Shown one piece after another: positions 33,277 through 42,732 of a stretch of DNA of 64,000 nucleotides. Origin of the DNA: Gammaproteobacteria bacterium (GTDB taxonomy: Bacteria; Pseudomonadota; Gammaproteobacteria; JABABF01); contig OZ250153.1 of the NCBI GenBank assembly GCA_965237805.1, positions 1,588,382 through 1,652,381 of the forward strand, written 5' to 3'. The position numbers were made by a program, and so were the translations under genes. Position 1 is the first letter of the stretch; each line of letters begins with the position of its first letter. The notes beneath the pieces were generated by a model that saw only the letters and a list, made by a program, of their open reading frames with translations, did no database searches and had not been told where the DNA came from.

Positions 33277-34833
33277 ATGATGGCCGATCTAGGCTTGTGG
33301 AAGTTTGCAGAGCAAGATCCCGGTGCGCTGGCGATCGCCGCACCGGACGGGCGCGAGTGGACGCGCGGAGAATTGGCCGCCCAGAGCTATCAGCTGGTGC
33401 ATGGCCTGCGCCGCGAGGGGCTCCAAGTCGGCGATGTGGTCGCGGCCATCCTGCCCAATCAGGCGGAGTTTTTGGCGCTGAACTTGGCCGTCACGCAGGC
33501 GGGATTTTATTTGGTGCCGATGAACTGGCACTTGGCTGGTGCCGAGGTGGCCTATATCCTGCAGGATAGCGGTGCCAAGGTTTTTGTCTCCCACGAGCGC
33601 GTGCGAGAAGAGGCCGTGGCGGCGGTGAAAGAGGCCGGCTTCCCGGCCGCCAAAGCCTTTGCCTTGGGCGAGATTCCCGGCTTTCGGCCCTATGCGGAGC
33701 TCTATGCTGAGGAATCTGCCGAGCAGCCCGCAGATCGCACTGCCGGGGCGGTGATGAACTACACCTCCGGTACCACTGGCAAGCCCAAGGGGGTTCGCCG
33801 CTCGCTGACTGGCCTGCCCGCCGACGATGCCGCCGAGCTGTTCACTTGGTCCTTGCAGATGTTCGGTATTGCGCCGGAGGATGGCAATGTACACATCGTC
33901 GGCTCGCCGCTCTACCACACGGCGGTGATGGTCTGGGCCACCTCCTCACTGCATATGGGGCACCCGGTAGTGCTGATGGACAAATGGGATGCCGAGCAAA
34001 TGTTGCGCCTGACGCAGCAGTACCGCGTCACCCATAGCCATATGGTGCCAACGCAGTTCAACCGTCTGTTGCAGCTGCCCGAGGAGCTGCGCAATCGCTA
34101 CGATATTTCCTCCTACCGCTACATGATTCACGCCGCCGCCCCCTGTCCGGTGTCGGTCAAGCACAAGATGTTGGATTGGTGGGGGCCGGTGGTCTACGAA
34201 TACTATGCCGCCACCGAGGGCGGTGGCACGGTCGCACCGCCTAAAGAATGGTTGGAAAATCCGGGCACGGTGGGCTGCGCTTGGCCCGGCGCAGAAATCA
34301 AGATTCTCGACGATGACGGCAATGCGGTGCCGACTGGCGAGCGGGGCACCGTCTATATGTTGACCAATCAGGCGATGGATTTCCGCTACAAGGGTGACGA
34401 GGATAAGACGCGCAAGAACCGCGTCGGTGACTTCTTCACTGTCGGCGATATCGGTTATCTGAACGAGCGGGGCTACCTGTTTCTGTGTGACCGCAAGATC
34501 GATATGATCATCTCAGGTGGTGCCAACATCTACCCAGCCGAGATCGAGAATGTGCTGATCCAGCACCCTCGGGTGGTCGATGTGGCGGTGTTCGGTATCC
34601 CCAATGATGACTGGGGCGAGGAGGTGAAGGCGGTGGTGCAGCTGGACGACGGCAGTGATGGCGGCGCGGCCTTCGCTGATGATCTGTTGGCTTTTTGCGA
34701 AGGCAAGCTGGCGCGTATGAAGCAACCGCGCTCTGTCGACTGCGTGGCGGAGTTGCCGCGCGACCCCAACGGCAAGCTGTACAAGCGCCGTCTGCGCGAT
34801 CCGTATTGGGAGGGTCACGAGCGCCAAGTCTAG
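33277..34833 (+). CDS. AMP-forming acyl-CoA synthetase (FadD-like)
   Basis: AMP-binding motif MNYTSGTTGKPKGV, YYAATEGG, GDIGYLNERGYLFLCDRKIDMIISGGANIYP. GAGGAA RBS upstream of ATG 33277 (ORF track starts at 33247). Confidence 0.85.
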   Translation: MMADLGLWKFAEQDPGALAIAAPDGREWTRGELAAQSYQLVHGLRREGLQVGDVVAAILPNQAEFLALNLAVTQAGFYLVPMNWHLAGAEVAYILQDSGAKVFVSHERVREEAVAAVKEAGFPAAKAFALGEIPGFRPYAELYAEESAEQPADRTAGAVMNYTSGTTGKPKGVRRSLTGLPADDAAELFTWSLQMFGIAPEDGNVHIVGSPLYHTAVMVWATSSLHMGHPVVLMDKWDAEQMLRLTQQYRVTHSHMVPTQFNRLLQLPEELRNRYDISSYRYMIHAAAPCPVSVKHKMLDWWGPVVYEYYAATEGGGTVAPPKEWLENPGTVGCAWPGAEIKILDDDGNAVPTGERGTVYMLTNQAMDFRYKGDEDKTRKNRVGDFFTVGDIGYLNERGYLFLCDRKIDMIISGGANIYPAEIENVLIQHPRVVDVAVFGIPNDDWGEEVKAVVQLDDGSDGGAAFADDLLAFCEGKLARMKQPRSVDCVAELPRDPNGKLYKRRLRDPYWEGHERQV

Positions 34834-34846
34834 CGCCACGTGTGGG

Positions 34847-35203
34847 TTGATGACAGAGCCTCCCAAAGATCCATCGATCCACCCCGATGCGCGTCAAGGC
34901 GACTATATGCAGCGCGGCCTGAGCCAGCTGCGCTGGCTGCGACCCGCCTACTTCTATCTCAAGCGCCGTGAGTTATACCCCAAGAATGTTTTGGAGCTCG
35001 CACGGCTGGGGCTGTATCTGTCGCTGGCCGCCGCCTTGCCCCTCGGCCTGTGGCAGCTCTATCTGGTGGTGTTCGAGCCGATGCTCCACAGCGGCATCCA
35101 TTTTTTGACCAAGCTGGTACTGTGGCTGTCGTTGGGCTACACGGTCTATGCCGTGCTGTTGCTCTGGCAGCACCTCTGGCTGGCTTGGATCAGGAATCGT
35201 TGA
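34847..35203 (+). CDS. Hypothetical small membrane protein
   Basis: 118-aa ORF with 2-3 hydrophobic helices (LGLYLSLAAALPLGLWQLYLVVF; LVLWLSLGYTVYAVLLLW). No recognisable family. Confidence 0.4.
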   Translation: MMTEPPKDPSIHPDARQGDYMQRGLSQLRWLRPAYFYLKRRELYPKNVLELARLGLYLSLAAALPLGLWQLYLVVFEPMLHSGIHFLTKLVLWLSLGYTVYAVLLLWQHLWLAWIRNR

Positions 35204-35247
35204 GCGGGTCTCGCCGCGCTTGCTAGCGCACAGCATGTGGCCGCGCC

Positions 35248-36057
35248 TCATTGGGCTTGGCGCTCTTCCTCTTCAGCTTTGATGGCCGATTTTTCGATGA
35301 ATGACCACAGTATCCCCGGTGCCAAGCGACGCGCCCAGTCCAGCACCTTGGCCTCGCGCCCCGGCCTGAGGATGAATTCGCCTTTTTCCATCGCCTCTTC
35401 GATGGCATCGACGATGAAATTTGGATCGGCATAGCGCCCATCGTCGCGGCCGCGACGCAGCAGTACCGGATCCGAGCTCTGCACGGCTTGTTCGATCAGC
35501 GGCGTGTTCACCGCCGGTGGCTGCACCAGCAGGATGCGCAGCCCCGAACCCCGGTTCTCGCGGATCAGCTGCTCGCCAAAGATGTTGACAGCGGCCTTGC
35601 TGGCCGAATAGGCCCCCATATGCGGGGTCAGCACATGGCCGGCGATGGAGCCGAATATGATGATGTCGCCGCGACCTCGTGCCAGCATCGTGTCCAGCAC
35701 CGACTTCACCATGTACACGGTGCCGTGGTAGTTGATGCGCATGATGTGCAGGATCTCGTCGGCCGGCATCTTCGCCAGCAATTGCGTCGGCATGATGCCG
35801 GCAGCATGGGTCAGTCGATCCACCGGCCCCAGCTCCTCGACAACTTTGGCCATGGTCGTGGCGATGGCTTCGGGGTCGAGTATGTCGCAGCAGTACGGAT
35901 GCAGTTGCGCCGCTTCGCCAGCCACTTTTTGTAGCGCTTCTTCATTGCGGTCGAGGATCGCCACCTGTGCGCCGACACCAGTCAAGCGCAGTGCAGAGAC
36001 GCGTCCCATGCCGCTCGCGCCCCCGGTAACCACTGCCACTTTGCCCGTGAATGCCAT
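35248..36057 (-). CDS. Short-chain dehydrogenase/reductase (SDR)
   Basis: VAVVTGGASGMGR cofactor motif and YSASKAAV catalytic motif. Confidence 0.85.
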   Translation of the reverse strand: MAFTGKVAVVTGGASGMGRVSALRLTGVGAQVAILDRNEEALQKVAGEAAQLHPYCCDILDPEAIATTMAKVVEELGPVDRLTHAAGIMPTQLLAKMPADEILHIMRINYHGTVYMVKSVLDTMLARGRGDIIIFGSIAGHVLTPHMGAYSASKAAVNIFGEQLIRENRGSGLRILLVQPPAVNTPLIEQAVQSSDPVLLRRGRDDGRYADPNFIVDAIEEAMEKGEFILRPGREAKVLDWARRLAPGILWSFIEKSAIKAEEEERQAQ

Positions 36058-36203
36058 CGGCTAAAATCCTGTTGTTGCTATCGCTTGTCGATGCCCGAGC
36101 ATCATGCCACGGGCGATTGCGCTCTATAATAACCGTGTGGTCATCGCGATGCCGTGTGCTGGTACCGTTGCTCGCCACCCCCAGCATGAGGTACACACAA
36201 TCC

Positions 36204-36686
36204 ATGGCAGCGCGGGAAATCATCCGGATGACAGCGGGGCAGGAACGTTTCGGAAAATTCATGATCCGCTATCTCTGTCGTCTGCAGATTGTGATCTACC
36301 GTCTGAGTGGCGGGCGTGTGTGGAATACATTTCTGGGCGGCAAGGTCGGGCTACTCGGGGTGGTCGGGTGCCGCAGCGGCACGATGCGCACCGTGCCGGT
36401 GGTCTTCGCCGAAGACAGCGCTGGACGCATTGTGCTGGCCGCCTCTCAAGGCGGTATGTCGACCCACCCGGCTTGGTACTTCAATCTGCGCAATAGCGAG
36501 ACAGCCACTTTCCAAATCGGTGCAAAGCGTCGTCATATGGCGGTGCATATGGCGGGCGAGGACGAAGAGAAACCGCTGTGGGAGCTGCTGCAACAAGCCT
36601 ACCCTGACTTCGCCGACTACCGCGAGCGCGCTGCCTTGGCGCATCGTCGCATCGCTGTCTTTGTGTTGACACCCACCAGTGGCTGA
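36204..36686 (+). CDS. Nitroreductase-family deazaflavin-dependent oxidoreductase-like protein (DUF385/Ddn-like)
   Basis: FGKFMIRY...IYRLSGGR...GLLGVVGCRSGTMRTVPVVF...ASQGGMSTHPAWYFNLRN... pattern of the DUF385 split beta-barrel family. Start is uncertain (ATG at 36186 or 36204 inside ORF 36051..36686). Confidence 0.6.
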   Translation: MAAREIIRMTAGQERFGKFMIRYLCRLQIVIYRLSGGRVWNTFLGGKVGLLGVVGCRSGTMRTVPVVFAEDSAGRIVLAASQGGMSTHPAWYFNLRNSETATFQIGAKRRHMAVHMAGEDEEKPLWELLQQAYPDFADYRERAALAHRRIAVFVLTPTSG

Positions 36687-36690
36687 GGGC

Positions 36691-37809
36691 ATGCACACCA
36701 GCTCCAGCCCGCCGTCTCGGCGACGTTTGCCATCCGCTCCCAGGCACTGCTCGCAGTGGCTGTTATTGCTGGCAGTCTGCTATTGCCTCGCCCCCGTCGC
36801 AGCGCTTGCGACCACGCCGGATGAGACCAACACCATCGCGGTATTTCGCGCGGCGAGCCCGAGCGTGGTCACGGTCAGCAGTCGCCAGTACCGCCGCTCA
36901 CGCCTGTTCAGTCAGTCCCCACAGAGTGCAGGCGGATCGGGCAGCGGCTTTATTTGGGATCGGGATGGGTATATCGTCACCAACCACCATGTGATCCACA
37001 GTGCCGATATGTTGCGGGTGACCTTGGAGGGCGGTGAGAGCTACGCCGCAGAGGTGGTCGGCTCTGCCCCAGAGCAGGATTTGGCTGTGTTGCGCATCAC
37101 CGAGCCCAAACGCCGCCTGCTGTCGCCGTTGCCAGTCGGCGATTCCGACCGCCTGCAGGTCGGACACAAGGTGCTTGCTATCGGTCACCCATTCGGTTTG
37201 GGGCACTCGCTCAGCGTCGGGGTCGTCAGCGCCTTGGGGCGCGAATTGCGGACCTCTGGCGGTCGCCGGGCGCGCGGTGTCATCCAGACTGATGCCGCCA
37301 TCAATCCGGGCAATTCGGGCGGCCCGTTACTCAATTCCCGTGGTGAACTGGTCGGCGTTAACAGCCAGATCTACACCACCACCGGCGGCAGTCTCGGCAT
37401 CGGGTTTGCCATCCCGGTCAACACGGTGCGCACAGTCGTCCCGCAGCTGATCGCGCATGGTTATGTCATCCGCCCGCGTCTTGGGGTGGAATTGCTCAAC
37501 GATTTTTGGCGGCGCTCACTCGGTGTGCAACGCGGTGTGGTGGTGGCGGGGGTGGTGCCCGGTTCACCGGCCGCCCAAGCGGGCATTGTCGGCCTGCGCT
37601 CGCAAGGCGATTCGCGGCCGACGGTGGGTGATATCATCCTCGAAGTAGATGGCGTGGAGGTCGACAACTTTGACGATGTGAACACCGCGATTGAGCAGCA
37701 CAAGGTCGGCGATACCGTCAACTTGGTGCTGTTGCGCGGCACCAAGCGCAAGCGCCTCAAATTGCGGCTCTACAATCTGCCGCCGCATAATCTGCGGGAG
37801 CGGCGCTGA
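36691..37809 (+). CDS. Periplasmic trypsin-like serine protease, HtrA/DegP family (S1C) with PDZ domain
   Basis: Signal-like N-terminus (WLLLLAVCYCLAPVAALA), GSGFIWDRDGYIVTNHHV (His), DLAVLRI (Asp), GNSGGPLLN (Ser), and a C-terminal PDZ-like region. Confidence 0.85.
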   Translation: MHTSSSPPSRRRLPSAPRHCSQWLLLLAVCYCLAPVAALATTPDETNTIAVFRAASPSVVTVSSRQYRRSRLFSQSPQSAGGSGSGFIWDRDGYIVTNHHVIHSADMLRVTLEGGESYAAEVVGSAPEQDLAVLRITEPKRRLLSPLPVGDSDRLQVGHKVLAIGHPFGLGHSLSVGVVSALGRELRTSGGRRARGVIQTDAAINPGNSGGPLLNSRGELVGVNSQIYTTTGGSLGIGFAIPVNTVRTVVPQLIAHGYVIRPRLGVELLNDFWRRSLGVQRGVVVAGVVPGSPAAQAGIVGLRSQGDSRPTVGDIILEVDGVEVDNFDDVNTAIEQHKVGDTVNLVLLRGTKRKRLKLRLYNLPPHNLRERR

Positions 37810-37828
37810 GGGCTGCGCGGCACTTAGC

Positions 37829-38611
37829 TCAGGCCAGCGCGCCACCGTCGACGCGCACGAACTCGCCGTTGATATAAGAGGCATCGTCAGAGGCCAGCAT
37901 GGCCACCACTGCGGCCACCTCCGCCGGTTCGCCGAAGATCGGCTGACCGCTCTCGGTATAGAGATAGCCGGTTGAGTTGCCTCCCATCAGTGAGCGCGAC
38001 ATGCCTTTCTCGGGCTGGACGTTAGTCATCTCGGTGTTGACCCCAGCCGGGCACACGCAGTTGCAACGCAGCTTCTGGCTTTTGACATATTCGATGGCGA
38101 TGCTGCGGGTCATCGCCAGTACCCCACCCTTGCTGGCGCTGTAGGCGGCACCGTAAGGCAAGGCCGCCAAACTGGCCGAGGAAGCGGTATTGACGATGGC
38201 ACCGCCATCGCCGTCGAGCAGATGGGGCAGGGCGTAGCGGATCATCAAGAAGGTGCCGGTCAGGTTGACATCCAGCACCTTTTGCCAGCGCTCTAGCACG
38301 CTTTGATCACTGTGCTCGAAGAGCAGGATGCCGGCCATATTGCACAGCACATCGAGCCTTTGCCAGTGCTCCATGCACTCGGCGACGCTGCGCTCGCACT
38401 CGCTTGCATCGCTGATATCGAAGCTGCCGCCGACGGCGGTGCCGCCAGACTCTTGCACCATGCTGACGGTTTCTTCGACGCCCGTTCGGTTGACATCAAT
38501 GAGGAAGACGCTGGCACCCTCGTCGGCCAAGCGCAGGGCAGTGGCGCGACCGATGCCGCGAGCCGCGCCAGTGACGATGGCCACTTTGTTGCTAAAACGC
38601 TGTTTGCTCAT
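37829..38611 (-). CDS. SDR family oxidoreductase
   Basis: VAIVTGAARGIGRA and YSASKGGV motifs. Confidence 0.85.
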   Translation of the reverse strand: MSKQRFSNKVAIVTGAARGIGRATALRLADEGASVFLIDVNRTGVEETVSMVQESGGTAVGGSFDISDASECERSVAECMEHWQRLDVLCNMAGILLFEHSDQSVLERWQKVLDVNLTGTFLMIRYALPHLLDGDGGAIVNTASSASLAALPYGAAYSASKGGVLAMTRSIAIEYVKSQKLRCNCVCPAGVNTEMTNVQPEKGMSRSLMGGNSTGYLYTESGQPIFGEPAEVAAVVAMLASDDASYINGEFVRVDGGALA

Positions 38612-38794
38612 GAATCTTGAGTCGCCTGTAGGGAATGCTTGGTTCGTTGCCGCCCGCCGTATTTCACATGGGAGCCCAGCTGAGGTGGTTTGCTATTATA
38701 GATACTGGACATGGGCTGTGAATGCAGCGTTGCACTGGGGGGCAGATGCCGTTTCGTTTAGGGGGTTGCCCTGCTGTTTGATTTTGATGGCAAG

Positions 38795-39508
38795 GTGGTG
38801 CTGATCACTGGTGCTGGCCGTGGCATTGGCTTGGGCATCGCGCAGGTTTTGGCGGGTCGCGGTGCGCGCTTGGCCATCAACGACTACTTCGCCGAACGGG
38901 CTTTAGAGGCGGCGCGCTCATTGCGCGACGATAGCGGTGCCGAGGCCATCGCCGTGCCGGCGGATATCTGCTCCGAGACGGCGGTGGCTACCATGGTGGA
39001 GGCTGCGGTGGCTGCCCTCGGTCCGGTGGACATCATCGTCAACAATGCTGGCATCCCGCCTGGCGGCATGGAACCCAAGCGCTTTGTCGAGACCACGCCC
39101 CAAGAATGGGACGAATATTTGGACATCAACCTGCGCGGTGTCATGCTGTGCACCCATGCGGTACTGAGCGGCATGTGTGAGCGGGGCTGGGGTCGCGTGA
39201 TCAGCATTGTCTCTGAGGGGTGGCGCGCCGGTACCGGTATGGGCATCAGCGCCTATGCCGCTGGCAAGGGCGGTGCCGTCGGGCTGAGCCGACAGCTCAG
39301 CTCGGAGGTGGCTCGCGCCGGGGTCACGGTCAACTGCGTCTCCCTCGGCCCGATGGACAATATCGACATGAAGCCCACCCATATTCCGGTGGGGCGGCTC
39401 GGCTCGCCCGCCGATGTCGCCGCCGCCATCGTCTACTTGGCCTCCGACGAAGCCGCTTGGGTCACCGGGCAGGTGCTGCCGGTGAACGGCGGTCTCATCA
39501 CGGCCTGA
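38795..39508 (+). CDS. SDR family oxidoreductase (FabG-like)
   Basis: LITGAGRGIGLG and YAAGKGGAVG motifs. GTG start at 38795. The frame is open from 38762 and encodes FDFDGKV upstream, so the true start may be non-canonical. Confidence 0.8.
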   Translation: MVLITGAGRGIGLGIAQVLAGRGARLAINDYFAERALEAARSLRDDSGAEAIAVPADICSETAVATMVEAAVAALGPVDIIVNNAGIPPGGMEPKRFVETTPQEWDEYLDINLRGVMLCTHAVLSGMCERGWGRVISIVSEGWRAGTGMGISAYAAGKGGAVGLSRQLSSEVARAGVTVNCVSLGPMDNIDMKPTHIPVGRLGSPADVAAAIVYLASDEAAWVTGQVLPVNGGLITA

Positions 39509-39602
39509 GCGGTGCTGGCGTGGAGTTGCCGAAGCAGGCGGGGAGTATAGCGATGCAGTGGAGTATTCAGACCACAGCGATCTCGACGGCGGTGCCTCGG
39601 CG

Positions 39603-40757
39603 ATGAGCGCTGCCCCGGCAGTCGCAGCCGTGCTGTTCAGTGAAGAGCAGAACCTGCTGCGCGATTCGGCGCGCGAGTTCATCGCCGCCGAGGCTCCGCT
39701 ATCCGCACTGCGCAGCTTGCGCGACAGCGCTGAGTGTGGCTACTCCGAGCCGCTGTGGCAGGGCATGGTGGCGCTGGGTTGGTCGGGTATTTTGCTACCG
39801 GAGTCGGTCGGCGGCACAGATTTTGATTGCACTGGCCTCGGTGTGGTGCTGGAGCAGTCCGGTCGCTGGTTAGCCGCCTCGCCGCTGCTCAGCACGGCGG
39901 GTCTGTGCGCCCCGTTGCTGTGTGCGGCTGGTGTACAGCAGTGGGCGCAGCAACTGGCGGCGGTGGCCCGCGGCGAGCTGACGCTGGCCTTGGCGCTGGA
40001 AGAGAGTCCGCGCCACGCGCCGTTACAGACGGCGCTGGCTGCCCGCGGTGCCGATGGCGGCTATCGCCTCAGCGGTCGCAAGCTCTTTGTGATTGATGGC
40101 CACAGCGCTCGGCAGCTGCTCGTGGTGGTGCGCGAGTCCGGCGCGCCGGGCGATGAGTCGGGTCTGACTCTGTTGTTGCTGGATGCCGAAACCGATGGTA
40201 TTGAGCGCCGAGCCAGCACCATGATCGACAGCCGCGATGCCATCGACATCGTTTTCGACAGTGTTGCGGTGCCGAGCTCTGCTGTGGTCGGTGAGCCGGG
40301 GGCGGCGTGGGAACTGCTCGCCCCGGCCTTGGATCGCGGCCGCGCCCTGTTGGCGGCGGAGATGCTGGGCGGTGCCCGCGCTGTCTTTGAGCGCACGGTA
40401 GCCTACACCAAAGAGCGCCGCCAATTCGGTGCGTTGATCGGCAGCTTCCAAGCGTTGCAGCATCGCCTCGCTCATCTCTTTGTGGAGTTGGAAATCACCC
40501 AGTCCGGAATCTACACCGCGTTGCGTGCGCTCGACAGTGGTGCCGTCGATAGTGCCGCTTTGGTCAGTGCCGCCAAAGTTCGCGCCAACGACAGCTTCCT
40601 CGAGGTGGCGGGCGAGGCGATTCAACTGCACGGAGGCATCGGCATGACCGACGAGTTGGACATCGGTTTCTATTTCAAACGCGCCCAAGCATCGTCCCAG
40701 ACATGGGGCGACAGCGCTTTCCATAATGCGCGCTATGCGGAGCTGGTGGGCTTCTGA
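39603..40757 (+). CDS. Acyl-CoA dehydrogenase family protein
   Basis: ACAD layout (N-terminal alpha, middle beta, C-terminal alpha domains). RRQFGALIGSFQALQHRLA and HGGIGMTDELDIGFYFKRA motifs. ATG at 39603 inside ORF 39558..40757. Confidence 0.85.
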   Translation: MSAAPAVAAVLFSEEQNLLRDSAREFIAAEAPLSALRSLRDSAECGYSEPLWQGMVALGWSGILLPESVGGTDFDCTGLGVVLEQSGRWLAASPLLSTAGLCAPLLCAAGVQQWAQQLAAVARGELTLALALEESPRHAPLQTALAARGADGGYRLSGRKLFVIDGHSARQLLVVVRESGAPGDESGLTLLLLDAETDGIERRASTMIDSRDAIDIVFDSVAVPSSAVVGEPGAAWELLAPALDRGRALLAAEMLGGARAVFERTVAYTKERRQFGALIGSFQALQHRLAHLFVELEITQSGIYTALRALDSGAVDSAALVSAAKVRANDSFLEVAGEAIQLHGGIGMTDELDIGFYFKRAQASSQTWGDSAFHNARYAELVGF

Positions 40758-41015
40758 GTTGGACTGTGCCCATTGCGGTGCACGCCACGCCAGCTGGCAT
40801 GACTTGATGCGCGTCACATTTTGGCGCATCCTTGTGCGACACACGCCGCTATATTGATATTTAATGCCGCCTGCGGCATGCTGGTTGCGCATATAGTGAC
40901 ATAGCGAGCTGGCATTGCGTTGCTCTGCCATCGGGGCTGGCGGGCTTGGCACCACACGACAGTGGCTTTGGTGCAATGGGGCATATTGGGGAGTGCGGTG
41001 ATATAATCGACACCC

Positions 41016-42677
41016 ATGGATACAAGCGACCAGTCGGAGCTGGACACAGCTGTTATGACCACGACGAAGGCCTCAGATATCTTCGTCCGCTGCTTGGAAA
41101 ACGAGGGTGTCGAGCATGTCTTCGCGGTGCCGGGTGAAGAGAACCTCGACCTGCTCGAGTCCTTGCGCCAATCTAAAATTCGCCTGATTTTGACGCGCCA
41201 CGAGCAGGGGGCGGCTTTTATGGCCGCCACTTATGGGCGCATGACCGGCCACGCTGGGGTCTGTATGGCGACACTGGGACCTGGGGCGACCAATTTGGTC
41301 ACCGCCGCTGCCTACGCACACCTCGGTGCCATGCCGCTGGTCATGGTGACTGGGCAGAAGCCGATACGCACCTCCAAACAGGGGCGTTTCCAGATCATTG
41401 ATGTGGTGCAGATGATGCAGCCGATCACCAAATCGGCCCGCCAGATTGTCGATGCCGATATGGTGGCACCGCTAGTGCGCGATGCTTTCCGCCTCGCCGA
41501 GGAGGAGCGCCCCGGTGCGGTGCATTTGGAGCTGCCAGAGGATATTGCCGCCGAGACCACCGAGGATTGGCACCTCTACGACCCGAGTCCGGTACTGCGC
41601 CCACAAGCGGCAGAGGAGGCGGTGGAGCGGGCGGCAGAAATGATTCGCGAGGCGCATTGTCCGCTGTTGCTGGTGGGGGCAGCCGCCAACCGCCATTGGG
41701 TTTTCGAGCCCCTGACGCGCTTTGTCACCGCCTTGCAGCTGCCCTTCCTCAACACACAGATGGGCAAGGGGGTCATCAGTTGCGAGGTGGATGGTTTTCT
41801 CGGCACGGCGGCGCTGTCGGACAAAGATCTCATCCACGAAGCCTTCGAACTGAGCGATCTGGTCATCAATGTCGGTCACGATGTGATCGAAAAACCACCT
41901 TTTCTCATGCGTCGCGACAGCGCTTTCAAAGTCATCCACCTCAATTTCCAGAGTGCGGATGTCGATCCGGTCTACTTCCCGCACCATCAAGTAGTCGGCG
42001 ATATCGGCAACGCCATTGAGCGCCTCGGTGCAAAACTGTCGATGGCACCCTTGCGCAGCGACCACAGCGCCCTATTGCGTCTGCGCGAGCGCATCGGCGA
42101 TGCGATCCACGCCGATGACGATGCCGCTGGCTGTCCGGTCAAGCCGCAGCGCGTGGTAGCCGAGGTGCGCAAGGGGATGGCGCAGGACGGTGTCATCGCC
42201 TTGGACAACGGCGTCTACAAGATATGGTTTGCACGCAATTATCCGACTTATCGTCCCAACACGGTGTTGCTCGACAACGCCTTGGCGACGATGGGTGCCG
42301 GACTGCCGCAGGCCATGGGGGTGGCGCTGATGTACCCGAAGCTGCAGGTGGCAGCGGTGTGCGGCGACGGTGGTTTCATGATGAACAGCCAAGAGCTGGA
42401 GACGGCCATCCGCCTCGAGTTGAATCTCTGTGTGCTGGTGTTGCGCGATGATTCTTATGGCATGATCCGTTGGAAGCAAGCGGATGCTGGCTTCCCTGAT
42501 TGGGGGCTGGAATTTGGCAATCCGGACTTCCTGCGCTACGCCGAGAGTTACGGTGCGCATGGCCACCGCGTCGAGGCTCCAGAAGACATCTCGCGCCTGT
42601 TGCGCCACGCGGCCGAGTGTGGCGGGGTCCATTTGATCGAAGTGCCTGTGGACTACAGTGAGAACGACAAAATCTAG
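41016..42677 (+). CDS. Thiamine-diphosphate enzyme, acetolactate-synthase-like
   Basis: N-terminal PYR domain FVRCLENEGVEHVFAVPGEENL and the ThDP-binding motif GDGGFMMNSQELET...N. Alternative start ATG at 41055 (MTTTKASD). Confidence 0.8.
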   Translation: MDTSDQSELDTAVMTTTKASDIFVRCLENEGVEHVFAVPGEENLDLLESLRQSKIRLILTRHEQGAAFMAATYGRMTGHAGVCMATLGPGATNLVTAAAYAHLGAMPLVMVTGQKPIRTSKQGRFQIIDVVQMMQPITKSARQIVDADMVAPLVRDAFRLAEEERPGAVHLELPEDIAAETTEDWHLYDPSPVLRPQAAEEAVERAAEMIREAHCPLLLVGAAANRHWVFEPLTRFVTALQLPFLNTQMGKGVISCEVDGFLGTAALSDKDLIHEAFELSDLVINVGHDVIEKPPFLMRRDSAFKVIHLNFQSADVDPVYFPHHQVVGDIGNAIERLGAKLSMAPLRSDHSALLRLRERIGDAIHADDDAAGCPVKPQRVVAEVRKGMAQDGVIALDNGVYKIWFARNYPTYRPNTVLLDNALATMGAGLPQAMGVALMYPKLQVAAVCGDGGFMMNSQELETAIRLELNLCVLVLRDDSYGMIRWKQADAGFPDWGLEFGNPDFLRYAESYGAHGHRVEAPEDISRLLRHAAECGGVHLIEVPVDYSENDKI

Positions 42678-42732
42678 TTGGCTGAAGCGGGCGCTGTTCG
42701 CGTCGGTTTGGGTCGCTCTAGAGGCGATGTAG

